This document shows, in pieces, positions 1-9,941 of a DNA stretch of 21,784 bases. The translations under genes were made by a program, and so were the position numbers. Every line of letters starts with the position of its first letter. Position 1 is the first letter of the stretch. This stretch comes from Chlorokybus atmophyticus (lineage: Eukaryota > Plantae > Mesostigma and Chlorokybus algae), in assembly GCA_009103225.1 (NCBI GenBank), contig RHPI01003516.1, positions 1 to 21,784 on the forward strand, read 5' to 3'. The notes under the pieces are model-generated. The model searched no databases. It was not told where the DNA came from and saw only the letters and a list, made by a program, of their open reading frames with translations.

Positions 1-10
1 GCTCCGGGGC

Positions 11-73
11 CGGACCACCGGTGGTCCGATCATGCCGGACCAATCGCGGCACTGGTACGCTACAACGTACCAG
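11..73. repeat. GC-rich palindrome/hairpin cluster
   Basis: Perfect 18-bp palindrome CGGACCACCGGTGGTCCG at 11-28; 8-bp stem CTGGTACG (52-59) / CGTACCAG (66-73). Confidence 0.85.
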
Positions 74-80
74 ACGTGGT

Positions 81-707
81 CTACGGGCTGCGTACGACTG
101 GTCCGCGCGTAAAAAGCCCTGTGTTCGTCATAGTTTTCAAGTTGTGTCGCCTGTTGACCCTGCCAGCTGGAACCCCTCTCCCGAAGCGTAGGTTGCAGGT
201 GAGGTTCATCGAGTCCCTGCCCAGATCGTAATGCCGTCCGAGATCTGCTGCGACAGTGTTTGCAACCACCTCATCACTCACTAAGTGCTTGTGCTGCTGC
301 TGGGTCTCTTTTTGGAATGTCTTGGCTTGTTCAAGTACCCCCACCATTGCCTTGACAGTCTGCTGTGTTTTGGCAGGATCGCTGACCGAGGGTCCATGCT
401 GTCTTCTGTGCCTTTGAAGGTGAGGAGGTCTCAACTGCACCCTAAACCTGTTCCAGCTTTCCGCTCTGTACGTGCAATGCACCGTTTTGGCACGCACACT
501 GTCAGCCGTAGGCCTAGACAGGGTAAACGTGAGGTCTTTGTTGATAAGGGTCTCATGTGCCTCATTAACAGCAACGTTGCTTCCTGGTGTTCCCTTCATA
601 GAAACTATGAAAGCCCCAGCATACAAGGTGCGGCGCGGACTGTGCGGCACCATGCACGGTGCGTGCTCGTAGGGCCACAGGACTGCGGGACCGCACCTGG
701 TCCGCAT
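81..707 (-). other. Uncharacterised ORF or exon (208 aa open frame), no recognised domain
   Basis: ORF track only. The central part (about 110-605) has protein-like composition and sits between two palindrome clusters. I recognise no family motif. Confidence 0.25.
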
Positions 708-889
708 TCAAGGGCCAACGTACGTTACAGGTCCGTGCCGCACCATGGATGGTGCGGCACGGACCATGCGTGGTGCGCGTCGCCGCGGGGGAACCAGGAA
801 CGGTTCGTCCCCCGCGGACCAGGCAGTCCTGGCCCGCGGGGTACGGATCATGCATGGTCAGCGGTGTCCGTGAAAGAACCATGCATGGT
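647..889. repeat. Cluster of palindromes/hairpins built on an ACCATGCATGGT-like core
   Basis: Perfect 17-bp stem with a 2-nt loop (730-746 / 749-765); perfect 12-mer ACCATGCATGGT at 878-889; variants near 650, 742, 763 and 848; CCGCGGGGG (783-791) / CCCCCGCGG (809-817); CCAGG/CCTGG (819-832). Confidence 0.85.
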
Positions 890-1172
890 CCTTCAACGTC
901 AAGCCGTGTGCACCTCCCCACAGTCCCAAGGACAGTCCACCTTATAACAGTCGCGCGGACAGTCCACCTCACGACAGTCTCCAGGGCAGTCCCCGTCCAT
1001 CTGCCAAGAGAAAGAGAGAGAGAACAAGTGCCCCCATGTTTACACCCCCAGCTGAGAAGAAACGTCCCCTTCAGCCAGACACTCCTGCACGGCAAACTCC
1101 ACCAGCTGTGCGGCCACAAGCTGGAGAGGAGGCTCTAGCAGCAGCGCGTGATACAATTGAAGGTTTCAAGAA
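874..1172 (+). other. Possible coding fragment: Ser-Pro-rich with basic NLS-like KRKRER, apparently truncated at the transposon boundary
   Basis: The frame of ORF 1036..1356 is open from 874 and reads PHSPKDSPPYNSRADSPPHDSLQGSPRPSAKRKRERTSAPMFTPPAEKKRP...IEGFKN, after which the sequence becomes AT-rich repeat. Confidence 0.3.
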
Positions 1173-1218
1173 CACCGGTAATTCTGGACCCCCCGAATTT
1201 CTAAAAATTCAGCGCATT

Positions 1219-1835
1219 TGCCCTGAATACTCATCTGTTTTATGTGTGAATTCGCCACTTGCCTGGCTGCAGAGGTCGCTGTTACGATTGCTGATTATTC
1301 AGGCCAAATGCCCTGAATACAAGCAATGGATATTCACACGTTTTGGTCATGAATAATTGTAGTTGTCCATCTCGCACACAACCTCCTACATGTGAGTAGT
1401 TATTCACTCGCAACAGAACTGCATATTCAGTCTTCTTAGGTATACATGGTCCTAGACTTGTACCATGGCACCAAGTGATTATTCATACTTTATGTGCGTA
1501 AATATTTACAGCGCCTGCCCTCACACTAGGTCCTCCTTATAGGTAATTATTCACACGCATATTGGCTTAATGTTCACACATACTAAAGCTGTTTCAACAG
1601 CACATGTACCATACTAGCGAGTGATTATTCATACGATTTGTGATTAAATAATACAGCATATCTGCTCTCACACATAGTCCTATACATGAGTGGTTATTCA
1701 CCCATAGTATGGTTGAACACTGCTGCCTTTGGTTGATTTTTCACGCGAATTATAATTGAATAATACAGCACTTTTGCTCACACACACAGTCCTACATATA
1801 CTTGGTTATTCACTCACAGTTTGGTTGAATAATCA
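1219..1835. repeat. AT-rich subterminal repeat array (TATTCA/TGAATA in both orientations)
   Basis: 14 copies counted: 1224, 1296, 1314, 1331, 1350, 1401, 1424, 1480, 1548, 1626, 1695, 1757, 1807, 1825. 12-bp direct repeat TGCCCTGAATAC at 1219 and 1309. CACTA elements are known to have such arrays. Confidence 0.8.
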
Positions 1836-1989
1836 CTGCATCTTGCTATCGTCAACAGCTGTGACATAGCATAGCTGTGACATAGCACATAGCAATCAGT
1901 CCAGCCGGTGAATTTGGACAGCAATGTCAGCTGAATGGCAGCTGACTCGAACAACAAATTCACTGATGTCTACAATGTATCTCTGCTAC

Positions 1990-4496
1990 CTACTTCTTGC
2001 TGCCTCGACCACGCCCACCGCGCCCACCCCGCCCACCCCGACTGCCCTTCCCACGGCCCCTCCCGCGCTGTGTGGTTGTGCCTTCCTTTGCTGGCTCCCT
2101 CACCTTGATACTCTTCAGCAACCCAACAGGCCAAAGTAGCAACAAACCCGGCTCGCACTCTGCGCATACATCAACCACACATGAACTCAGCTGACTTGCA
2201 CAATGTTGAAACTGTTCATGCAATCGCATGCACACAAACGCGTTCACCTTTCAAGTGGGTCACTTGCACTCCAACCCCATCACGCTTGAAGCTGATTGGC
2301 AGAGGCACAACCTCTTCTTCCCCTGGTCCGGGACGTCTGGTCCTAGTGATGGGAAGACTGCGGCTGAACTGGACCACCATGTTGCCCTCTCCAATCTTCT
2401 TGCCATGAAACTTGTTGACAGGATTGATGTCGCTTACGTGCGCCTCCCCTACTGGTTCTTTGCGCCCGTTAATGAACAGTTGGACTTCACTGCCAACCTT
2501 CATCGTCGGTGCGGTGTCGTCTTTGTCGCTCAGCTCTTCCTGCGCATGCAAGTGACAAACACATCAAAAGGTACACACATACACAAATGTGATCTCTCAT
2601 ACAGCGCTTGCGAAGCGACCTGCCTTCTGCGAGTCGTTGTCGCTGTTATTGGGGCTGTTCCCCTCGCTGTCCGGGGCGCTGTCCTTGGCGCCATCTTCAC
2701 CGCTGTTCTCGCTTCTATCTGTCTCAGGCATTTCTGGATACGTTGGCTCATCCTGCGCGACAAGGTGACACGACGTGTTAACAAGCTTACAACCATCACG
2801 CAACGAATGCGTGCCTGCCGCAGGTGACAGTTTGTGTGCAGCCAGAAGAACGCAAGAAGCCCATAAGATCAAGTACATGGTGCTTTCATACCTCCTTTTG
2901 CTTGCCGCTCTTCTTCTCCAACACCGTCTCCTGCTTGCCAGTCGAGTGGCCTGCCTCCTGAGACTTGTAGGGAGCCGGTATCGAGCGAACAGTTTTGTTT
3001 GTTTTCTTTTTGGGCGGGCTTGACACCTCATCCTCCTGCCAACAGCATGAAGTCAGATGGTGAGCCACAACTCCGTGCATTGCCGCTCTATCAAGTCCAA
3101 TGCTGCGTACCTCACCAGACACTTTGCGCTTCCCTGAGCTGCTGTCACGCACATCAGCACCCTGCTTGGCACGTGCCTGAACACAACAGTCATGAACGAT
3201 CATGAACACATGTTTAGCAAAGTACAAGCAGGAGCGGCATCTGACCTGTGAACCAGTAGCAGGAGAACTTGAGGGTTGTGGTGCAGTGCCTTCCTTGTTA
3301 CCTATCGCATACACAAGGCACCGATCACAAAAGCCTGCATATACACACAGTACTCCAGCAGCTGCCTGCGCGCGCAAGACGCGGCTCACGCTGCGAGGTG
3401 CCATTTCTGTCGTCGCTGGCGTCGCTGGCGGGATGTGAACGCGTGGGCGCCGTGCAATTACAAGGGGTCATCATACACACCACACAACCTGCATACATAA
3501 GGCACCATCAAATACAAAGCATCGTTCTCAACACGACATTGACAAAGCCAACTTTGTGCAAACTGTAGGTCACCCTCTGAGGTGGCATCCTCGTCGTCGC
3601 TGGCAGATTGCACTTCTTTTGACTTCTTGGGCTTCTTCTTGTTGGCTTTCTATCAAGCACATGGCAAAGGCACTCAAGACATGCACATCGCACAAACACC
3701 TTAGTCACTACATGACACACACCTTGTTGTTCTTGTCGCTAGGCCCTCCCCTGCGCCTTGGCACAAAGCCCCCCGCGAAAGCCTTCTCCATCATCTCCTT
3801 GTAACGCTTCCGACTCTTTTCTTTCTGCTTCTCTTTGTGCTTGGGGTTGCTGTATCCCTTTTTGTTGCCCAGATACTGTTGAATCTTCAAACGCGCCTAC
3901 CCACCAATGAAGAAGTTGTGAAGGCCAACACATGCAAAGCAAACTCCTCCCAGCTCAGACAATGCTGCCATATTGCATGACGGCTCATGTAACTGTGGGA
4001 AATTGCCAACCATTTGATAGGAGAGCTCTGGATTCAGCAGATGCCAGCATTTGGTTGCAAGAGCGAACTTGAATGGGTCCTGCTTCGTTTGAGTCTTCCC
4101 CGGCATCATGCGACAGTACTCGTAGCAAATCCGGCCTTTGTCGGCCAGCTTGGTGACCTTGCGACGATCACGGGCATGATGCTTCCCACGCCAATGTAGG
4201 ACCTTCAGTGCCTGCATAGTTTACATTGGTGCACTAGTACAACATGGGACGAAACAGACTTCGGCAGCAAGGTCTGACATTGATTGCGGATGCTTGATGC
4301 ATAAGCTCACTTTTAAGCAGACCATTGCTGTGGTCTCAAGATCACGCAGGTGAACAGTCGCCTCACTGGTTTCCCACTCATGCTGCAGCTGCTCATCAGA
4401 AGGACCACCAGCATTCTTCCCCCATATCTCTTCGTCCAAATTCTCCCATCCTTCGCTGCAGTTGCTGGACCGCCCACCCGACGTGGTGCCTGACAT
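1990..4496 (-). CDS. TnpA/Tnp1-like CACTA accessory protein, multi-exon, with C-terminal RGG tail
   Basis: Frame-consistent exons: 4496(or 4508)-4311, 4211-3945, 3896-3723, 3649-about 3553, an uncertain exon near 3440-3365, 3301-3246, 3176-3111, 3035-2892, 2752-2603, 2539-2248, 2159-1990. The C-terminal VGEAHVSDINPVNKFHGKKIGEGNMVVQF...VTHLKECEPGLLLLWP resembles the Tnp1/En/Spm-like (Transposase_23-type) pattern VAxGxV...DP...HG..LG...V.V...WP. The protein ends RGRGRGKGSRGGRGGRGGRGRGSKK. Confidence 0.7.
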
Positions 4497-4689
4497 GATG
4501 ATGCCCTCCTGTAGATAGATCAAGCTTGCTTTACAAGTCAGTTGCAACCGCAACCCTAATCAACCTCAAGTCTTGGTTGACTCAAGTGACTGCAGGTTGT
4601 AAGCCATGTGGACTTGCTTGTTGACTTGTCACAGCAAGCAAACCATGTACCTTGCAAAAGAAGTGTCTCAAAGCTGCTTGCACAAAGGC

Positions 4690-4973
4690 GTGCTTGTGAA
4701 CTTGTCAAACTGGCACCCAACAAACCAAACACCCAGTACCTTATAGAGTAGAAGCTTCTTCAGCTTCTTTCCAGCTGAACACGAGAAAGGTAAGCCTAAC
4801 AGCAAGCTAGCAGGCAAATGGCATGTGCATGCACAACATGTGCTTGTGAACTTGTCAAACAGGCACCCAGCAAGCCAAACACCCAGTACCTTGTAGAGTA
4901 GAAGCTGCTTCAGCTTCTTGCCAGCTGAACACGACAAAGGTAAGCCTAACAGCAAGCTAGCAGGCAAATGGCA
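4690..4973. repeat. Tandem duplication, 134-bp unit with period 150
   Basis: 4690-4823 and 4840-4973 align with only scattered substitutions. On the minus strand each unit holds TTCAG|35 nt|GTACTG, an exon-like cassette. Confidence 0.9.
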
Positions 4974-5517
4974 GTCCAGAATGCTAGCGGCACAACACCA
5001 TGCTGTATTTGCTAATTGCAACGAAGTGACCCAGCATGCAACCACTAGAAAAGCAGTGCGACAAGACAGCTGACAACGCTCGCTCACCTCGCCACAGCAC
5101 CGCCGCCGCCAACACAACCAGCAAGTACGCCGGTGCTGTGGGACAATCAGTGCAATTCCCGGTGCGGAAATCCCTGCAATCAATGGAATGCAGTGATCGT
5201 TCGGAAAATCACATCAGCAATTGTGCTGGTCGGACACCAGTCGCGTCTCCGCTTGCTCCGACTGCAATAGGCCGCACGAGCAATTGCCGTGGAAATTGCC
5301 TTTTGTCGAAACTTTGATTGCCAAATGAACTCTATGCATGCATGTATATGGTATAGCAGTCATGTATGTTTATTGGTCGATACAAACCAAGCGAAATTAC
5401 ATTCTCTATTTTCGATGAAATCGTCCATGTCCGAGGACGGTGTCTGTGTGGCTTACCCCAAACTATAAGTAACCCTAACCCAAACATCCAATGCATGCTG
5501 GTAATTGTGCTGCAACA

Positions 5518-6475
5518 ATGGACCCCCCTGTACCCATGCGCACCATGAATGAGGCTCTAACGCAGGCGCTCCTCGCAGTCGGGCGGCGATTAGTGGGACT
5601 AGGTCAGGTCTTGACACAACCGTGGAACGGCTATGTGGACTCTGGCGATGCTCGCTATCATCAGGTATCTTTCTCGCTATTCATGGTGTGAGTTGCGTGC
5701 GCTATGTCACTCTGCATGCTGCTGACTATGCATGCCACTATGCATGTGCCATACTGTTGCGCATTGTGTGTACATGCGTATGCCTTGTGTGCGATTTGGG
5801 TTGAGTTTGCCTGTGTAGTGTGCATATGTTTGTCCTGCTATGATAGGAACGCCTATATATATGCACAGCTCTGATTGCTACCATGCAACACCCTTGCGCG
5901 TTACATGCCGTGCATGTCATGCCATGCTACTGCCTGAATGCGTGTCCAGTTCATGTCCATAACAATAGAGGCGCTGCCTATGCATTTGCATCAACTTCTG
6001 GCGCACGTTTATGAATGAATGCGATGCAACATGCGAGTTAACCTGTAAACTTGTTTGGCAGGTCCAATTATGCAATTGGGAGCTTTCAACTCGTGGAATT
6101 GTTCATCAGGCACCCATTGCGATTGCAGCTACTGTACAAACCGGTGTGTATGTGGCAGTCTCCATGCATGAGAACACTCCCTCGCCTCCTGATGCGCCTC
6201 TTCCTGCTTGCACTATCATTGACTCGGGCACCTATGGCGCTGCTGGCCTGCGCGTTGTGATCGAGTGCGACAACAATATTGCTGCACGCTGGAGTGTGTT
6301 TACTGGCTCCGAAGTCCCTGCACCTGGTGCAACGCCCGGTACCAGTCTCACATCAACTTGTAATGGAATTTTCCCCATCGCGACCCTCCTAGTGAACCTA
6401 GCGACTCTAGTGACTCGTCGCAATGACCATTGCTCTACACACACTTTGTTTGCCGTTCACTCTGGTTACCGCTGA
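5518..6475 (+). CDS. Hypothetical two-exon cargo protein (about 186 aa)
   Basis: ACAATG at 5518; exon 5518-5664 ends CAG|GTATCT (phase 0); acceptor TTTGGCAG| at 6061 joins in frame to ORF 6011..6475. AACCCTAACCC lies 40 bp upstream. No domain recognised, and the 3' end is uncertain. Confidence 0.4.
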
Positions 6476-6636
6476 GCTGCTCTGCTGGTAATTCTCCAAG
6501 TGTGGCTGTTACATGTGCAATTACTGATAACAGTGGGGTGTGTGCCTTTGTGCAACTTGGAGATCTAGCAGCAGATCAGCTCAGGCACAACCGCCACAAT
6601 TGTGTTCACAACAACATAGTGACTAGCAGATTAGTT

Positions 6637-6748
6637 ACATTACAACTATACTACACAACAACTACCAAACTACCACCAAACTATACAACTACACAACAAC
6701 AACAACTACACAACAACTATACAACTACCAAAACTACCACCAAACTAT
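6637..6748. repeat. Low-complexity (ACA/ACT/ACC)n tract
   Basis: ACAACTATACTACACAACAACTACCAAACTACCACCAAACTATA pattern, partly repeated. Confidence 0.85.
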
Positions 6749-7417
6749 AGGCCTTGTGCAAGGATGACGCAAAGATCTGACCTTGTACTTTGTATTACCT
6801 CATGGCCGTAGCACAGCCTGCAAGGCAAAGCGGGTTGCGCTCAAAACTGTTGGACACAAATCAGGCATGCAAGCGCCTAACACTGGCAGTAGAATTGCCC
6901 AAACATGCTGTTGGAAAAACCCCTCACAACTGCACTCACATATGCACAAATACAAGGTATGTTTGCGCAGCAGAAGAAGTGAACACGGACTTTTGCGACA
7001 CACGCGCGCATACACACACATGAGGGCTTACAATCAACTGCCCCAGCTGACTGGACACCATACACACACATGCACATTCATGTGATACGCATGCAAGGAT
7101 GCATTTATCTGTCCCTGTCGTCGCTGGAGCTCTTGCCAACTTCTTGGGCACCGTGACTGGCGGTGTCCTGCAAACATACTGCAGGCAATGCTCAACCTGT
7201 TGATAGCAGCTGTAAGAATGCCAAGACACCCAAAACACAGAGCCAAATACTTTGACCTGAGTCTCATCCACAAACACACCATGCCTGGCATGCGAGCTCT
7301 GGTTTACCTGCTGTCTTGGAAGCAGCCGGCTGGATCATCATACCCTCTGTTGAATGCATGCAAGCATCTGAGTCAAGACCAAATACCTACCTCATGTTCG
7401 ACGAGATCAACTACACT

Positions 7418-8375
7418 GGACCTAAAGCGACCGGCCATCGCTGAATGGTAGCTGTTTACCTGTGGATCACACACCGTAGTTAACCAACAGTAGAGTCAAA
7501 ACTAGAGCAGGGAAATAACTTTTGAGAGACACAATGCTAGCGCAAGCACACACAGAAAGAACACCCTTTTGCCGCAAGGCCACTGAGGGGTTATGCCCAA
7601 GGCTGCCCCAGCGGCTTGCAGCAAACAACTTTTGTGCCGCAGCACAGGTAAGGCCACTGAGCGGTTATGCACAAGGCTGCCCCAGCGGCTTGCAGCAAAC
7701 ACCGCACGCACACAAACACATGCATGGCATGCGCAAGGAAGCACGGCATGCACGTATCTGCTGTGTAGCCGATAGCGCTCCAGTATCGTCGCCGCCGCCG
7801 CCGCCGACGACGATGATCTTGCCTGCCGGCGCCGCCGCCGCCGACCTTGACTAAAATCTGCATGCGAAATGGCTGCTGTAACTCCAAAACCCTAAGTCCA
7901 TGACCTAAGTCCATGGACCTAAGCGACCAGCCATCGCTGAATGGTAGCTGTTTACCTGTAGATCACACACCGTAGTTAACCAACAGTAGGGTCAAAAATG
8001 GAGCAGGGAAATGACTCTTGAAAGACACAATGCTAGCGCAAGCACACACAAAAAGAACACCTTTTTGCCGCAAGGCCATTGAGGGGTTATGCACAAGGCT
8101 GCCCCAGCGGCTTGCAGCAAACAGCTTTTGTGCCGCAGCACAGGTAAGGCCACTGAGGGGTTACGCACAAGGCTGCCCCAGCGGCTTGCAGCAAACACAG
8201 CACGCACAGCACGCACACACACACACACATGCATGGAATGCGCAAGGAAGCACGGCATGCACGTATCTGCTGTGTAGCCGCTAGCGCTCCAGCATCGCCG
8301 CCGCCGCCGACGACGACGATGACCTTGCCTGCGCCGGCGCCGCCGCCGCCGACTTTGACTAAAATCTGCATGCGA
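7418..8375. repeat. Tandem duplication of about 450-460 bp (period 497), each copy with two internal ~70-bp subunits and a GCC-rich tail
   Basis: 7418-7867 aligns to 7915-8375, and most differences are transitions. Subunit AAGGCCACTGAGGGGTTATGCACAAGGCTGCCCCAGCGGCTTGCAGCAAAC occurs four times. Confidence 0.92.
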
Positions 8376-8502
8376 CGTATCTGCCCGAGTTTCTTGCTAG
8401 GAACTCAAGATCGCTGGCGCCGTCGCCACCGACCTCAAAGACTTCGCCGCCAACCACGGCAACCTCGCCGCCTCCCGGCCACAACCTACAACATGCCCGG
8501 GC

Positions 8503-8519
8503 GGTTAGGGTTAGGGTTA
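8503..8519. repeat. Short interstitial (TTAGGG)n / telo-box-like motif
   Basis: GGTTAGGGTTAGGGTTA; a second copy lies at 9129-9144, and each follows a homologous GCC-rich segment. Confidence 0.8.
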
Positions 8520-8565
8520 TGACATATGGCGAAACAGAGTCACAACAACATTCACCCAGTCCACA

Positions 8566-8905
8566 CCACAGGGCCGGTCTGAGGTCTTACAGACCGGCCC
8601 AGCTCCTCACCAACACATTCACAGAAAAACAAAACCACAAGGCAGGACACTGAGGTCTTACAGACCGTCCCAGCGACTCACCAGCACACATGCACAGAAA
8701 CACAAAAACAAGGCAGGTCACTGAGGTCTCACAGACCGCCCCAGTGAATCACCAACAGAATAACAGAAACAAAACCACAAGGCAGGTCACTGAGGGCTTA
8801 CATGCCGCCCCAGTGAATCACCAACACATGCAAATAACGGAAACCACAAGGCAGGACACTGAGGGCTTACATGCCGCCCCAGTGAATGACCAGCACACAT
8901 ACACA
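8566..8905. repeat. Minisatellite, 5 copies of a ~70-bp unit
   Basis: Unit ACAAGGCAGG(A/T)CACTGAGG(T/G)CTTACA..CCGCCCCAGTGAATCACCA starts near 8566, 8637, 8708, 8777 and 8846. The first copy forms a perfect 11-bp stem (8571-8581 / 8590-8600). Confidence 0.9.
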
Positions 8906-9128
8906 CACGCACGCGCACAAACAAAACATGCATGCAGGCAGGCTTGCACGTATCTGCCTAAGTAGCTCTGCATCAACCAAGGATGGCTGCCGCCGTCGCC
9001 GCCAACCTCAAGCACCTCGCCGCCGACCACGCCGCCCACAACCTTTATAACTAAAGACGCTGCCGCGGCCGACCAAGACAACCTCCCCGCCACCAACCTT
9101 GCAAACTACAACAACTTACAAAAACATA

Positions 9129-9144
9129 AGGGTTAGGGTTAGGG
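9129..9144. repeat. Short interstitial (TTAGGG)n / telo-box-like motif
   Basis: AGGGTTAGGGTTAGGG. Confidence 0.8.
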
Positions 9145-9521
9145 ATGCCGGCTATGGCGTCAAAGGTGATAGCCCATCACTGATGGACCATCACTGATTT
9201 GCTTAGGGTTTTGGTGTAGCGATCGAGCAGACAACTTGCAACTGGCAAGGCTGGGCGGCAAGGGCGGCGTTGTTGGCGAGGTCGGCGGCGGCGTTGGCTT
9301 CATTGCTGAAGTGCAAGTGTTGTGTTTTCGCTTGGCTGTTGTAGTTACTTCATTGTGGGTCCGAGAACCCTGGCGAGGTGGTTTCTTGCAGCTTCGGGTG
9401 GGCTGGCTGGAGGGTTTTGGCACTGCTTCCAACAAGGTGCAGCACATGCCGTGCTTGTCTTTGTTTGCATGCATGCCCGTTTGATCATTTCGCTAACTAT
9501 CAAAAGTTCATGTTGTCTATG

Positions 9522-9795
9522 TTGTTAGCCACCACTTGATGCTAACCAGAGGGGCGGCCTCGTGCGTAAGACCACCTCTTGCTCAGTATTAAAGCTGTTT
9601 TATTTGAGCATGCACTCTTGTTAGCCACCACTTGATGCTAACCAGAGGGGCGGCCTCGTGCGTAAGACCACCTCTTGCTCAGTTTCTAAGCTGTTTTATT
9701 TGAGCATGCACTCTTGTTAGCCTCCACTTGATGCTAACCAGAGGGGCGGCCTCGTGCGTAAGACCACCTCTTGCTCAGTTTTCAAGCTGTTTTAT
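9522..9795. repeat. Tandem repeat of a 96-bp unit, about 2.9 near-identical copies
   Basis: Copies start at 9522, 9618 and 9714 (TTGTTAGCC(A/T)CCACTTGATGCTAACCAGAGGGGCGGCCTCGTGCGTAAGACCACCTCTTGCTCAG...). Confidence 0.95.
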
Positions 9796-9941
9796 AGTTT
9801 TCATTGTGGCTGAGGCTAAAGTGTGCATGCTCAGGCTTGTCTGCATGCTCAAATAGGCAGCCGTGTGTGTGTGTGCATGCTCATGTTGCTCAACTATGTG
9901 TGCTTGTTTTTGGCTGTGAGGCTTTCCTCAGGTCGTTCATC

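Noticed and set aside
8503-9144. True telomere or chromosome fusion site
   Set aside because: Only 2-3 TTAGGG units, internal and in repeated GCC-rich modules; a telo-box-like or repeat origin is more likely.
8566-9795. CRISPR-like array (70-bp x5 and 96-bp x3 repeats)
   Set aside because: These are head-to-tail tandem units without unique spacers, with no cas genes, in a eukaryotic intron-rich context.
6750-9900. Many short ORFs in the spacer and in 13060-14580
   Set aside because: They derive from repeats or low-complexity sequence, overlap on both strands, and show no domain motifs or consistent splice phase.
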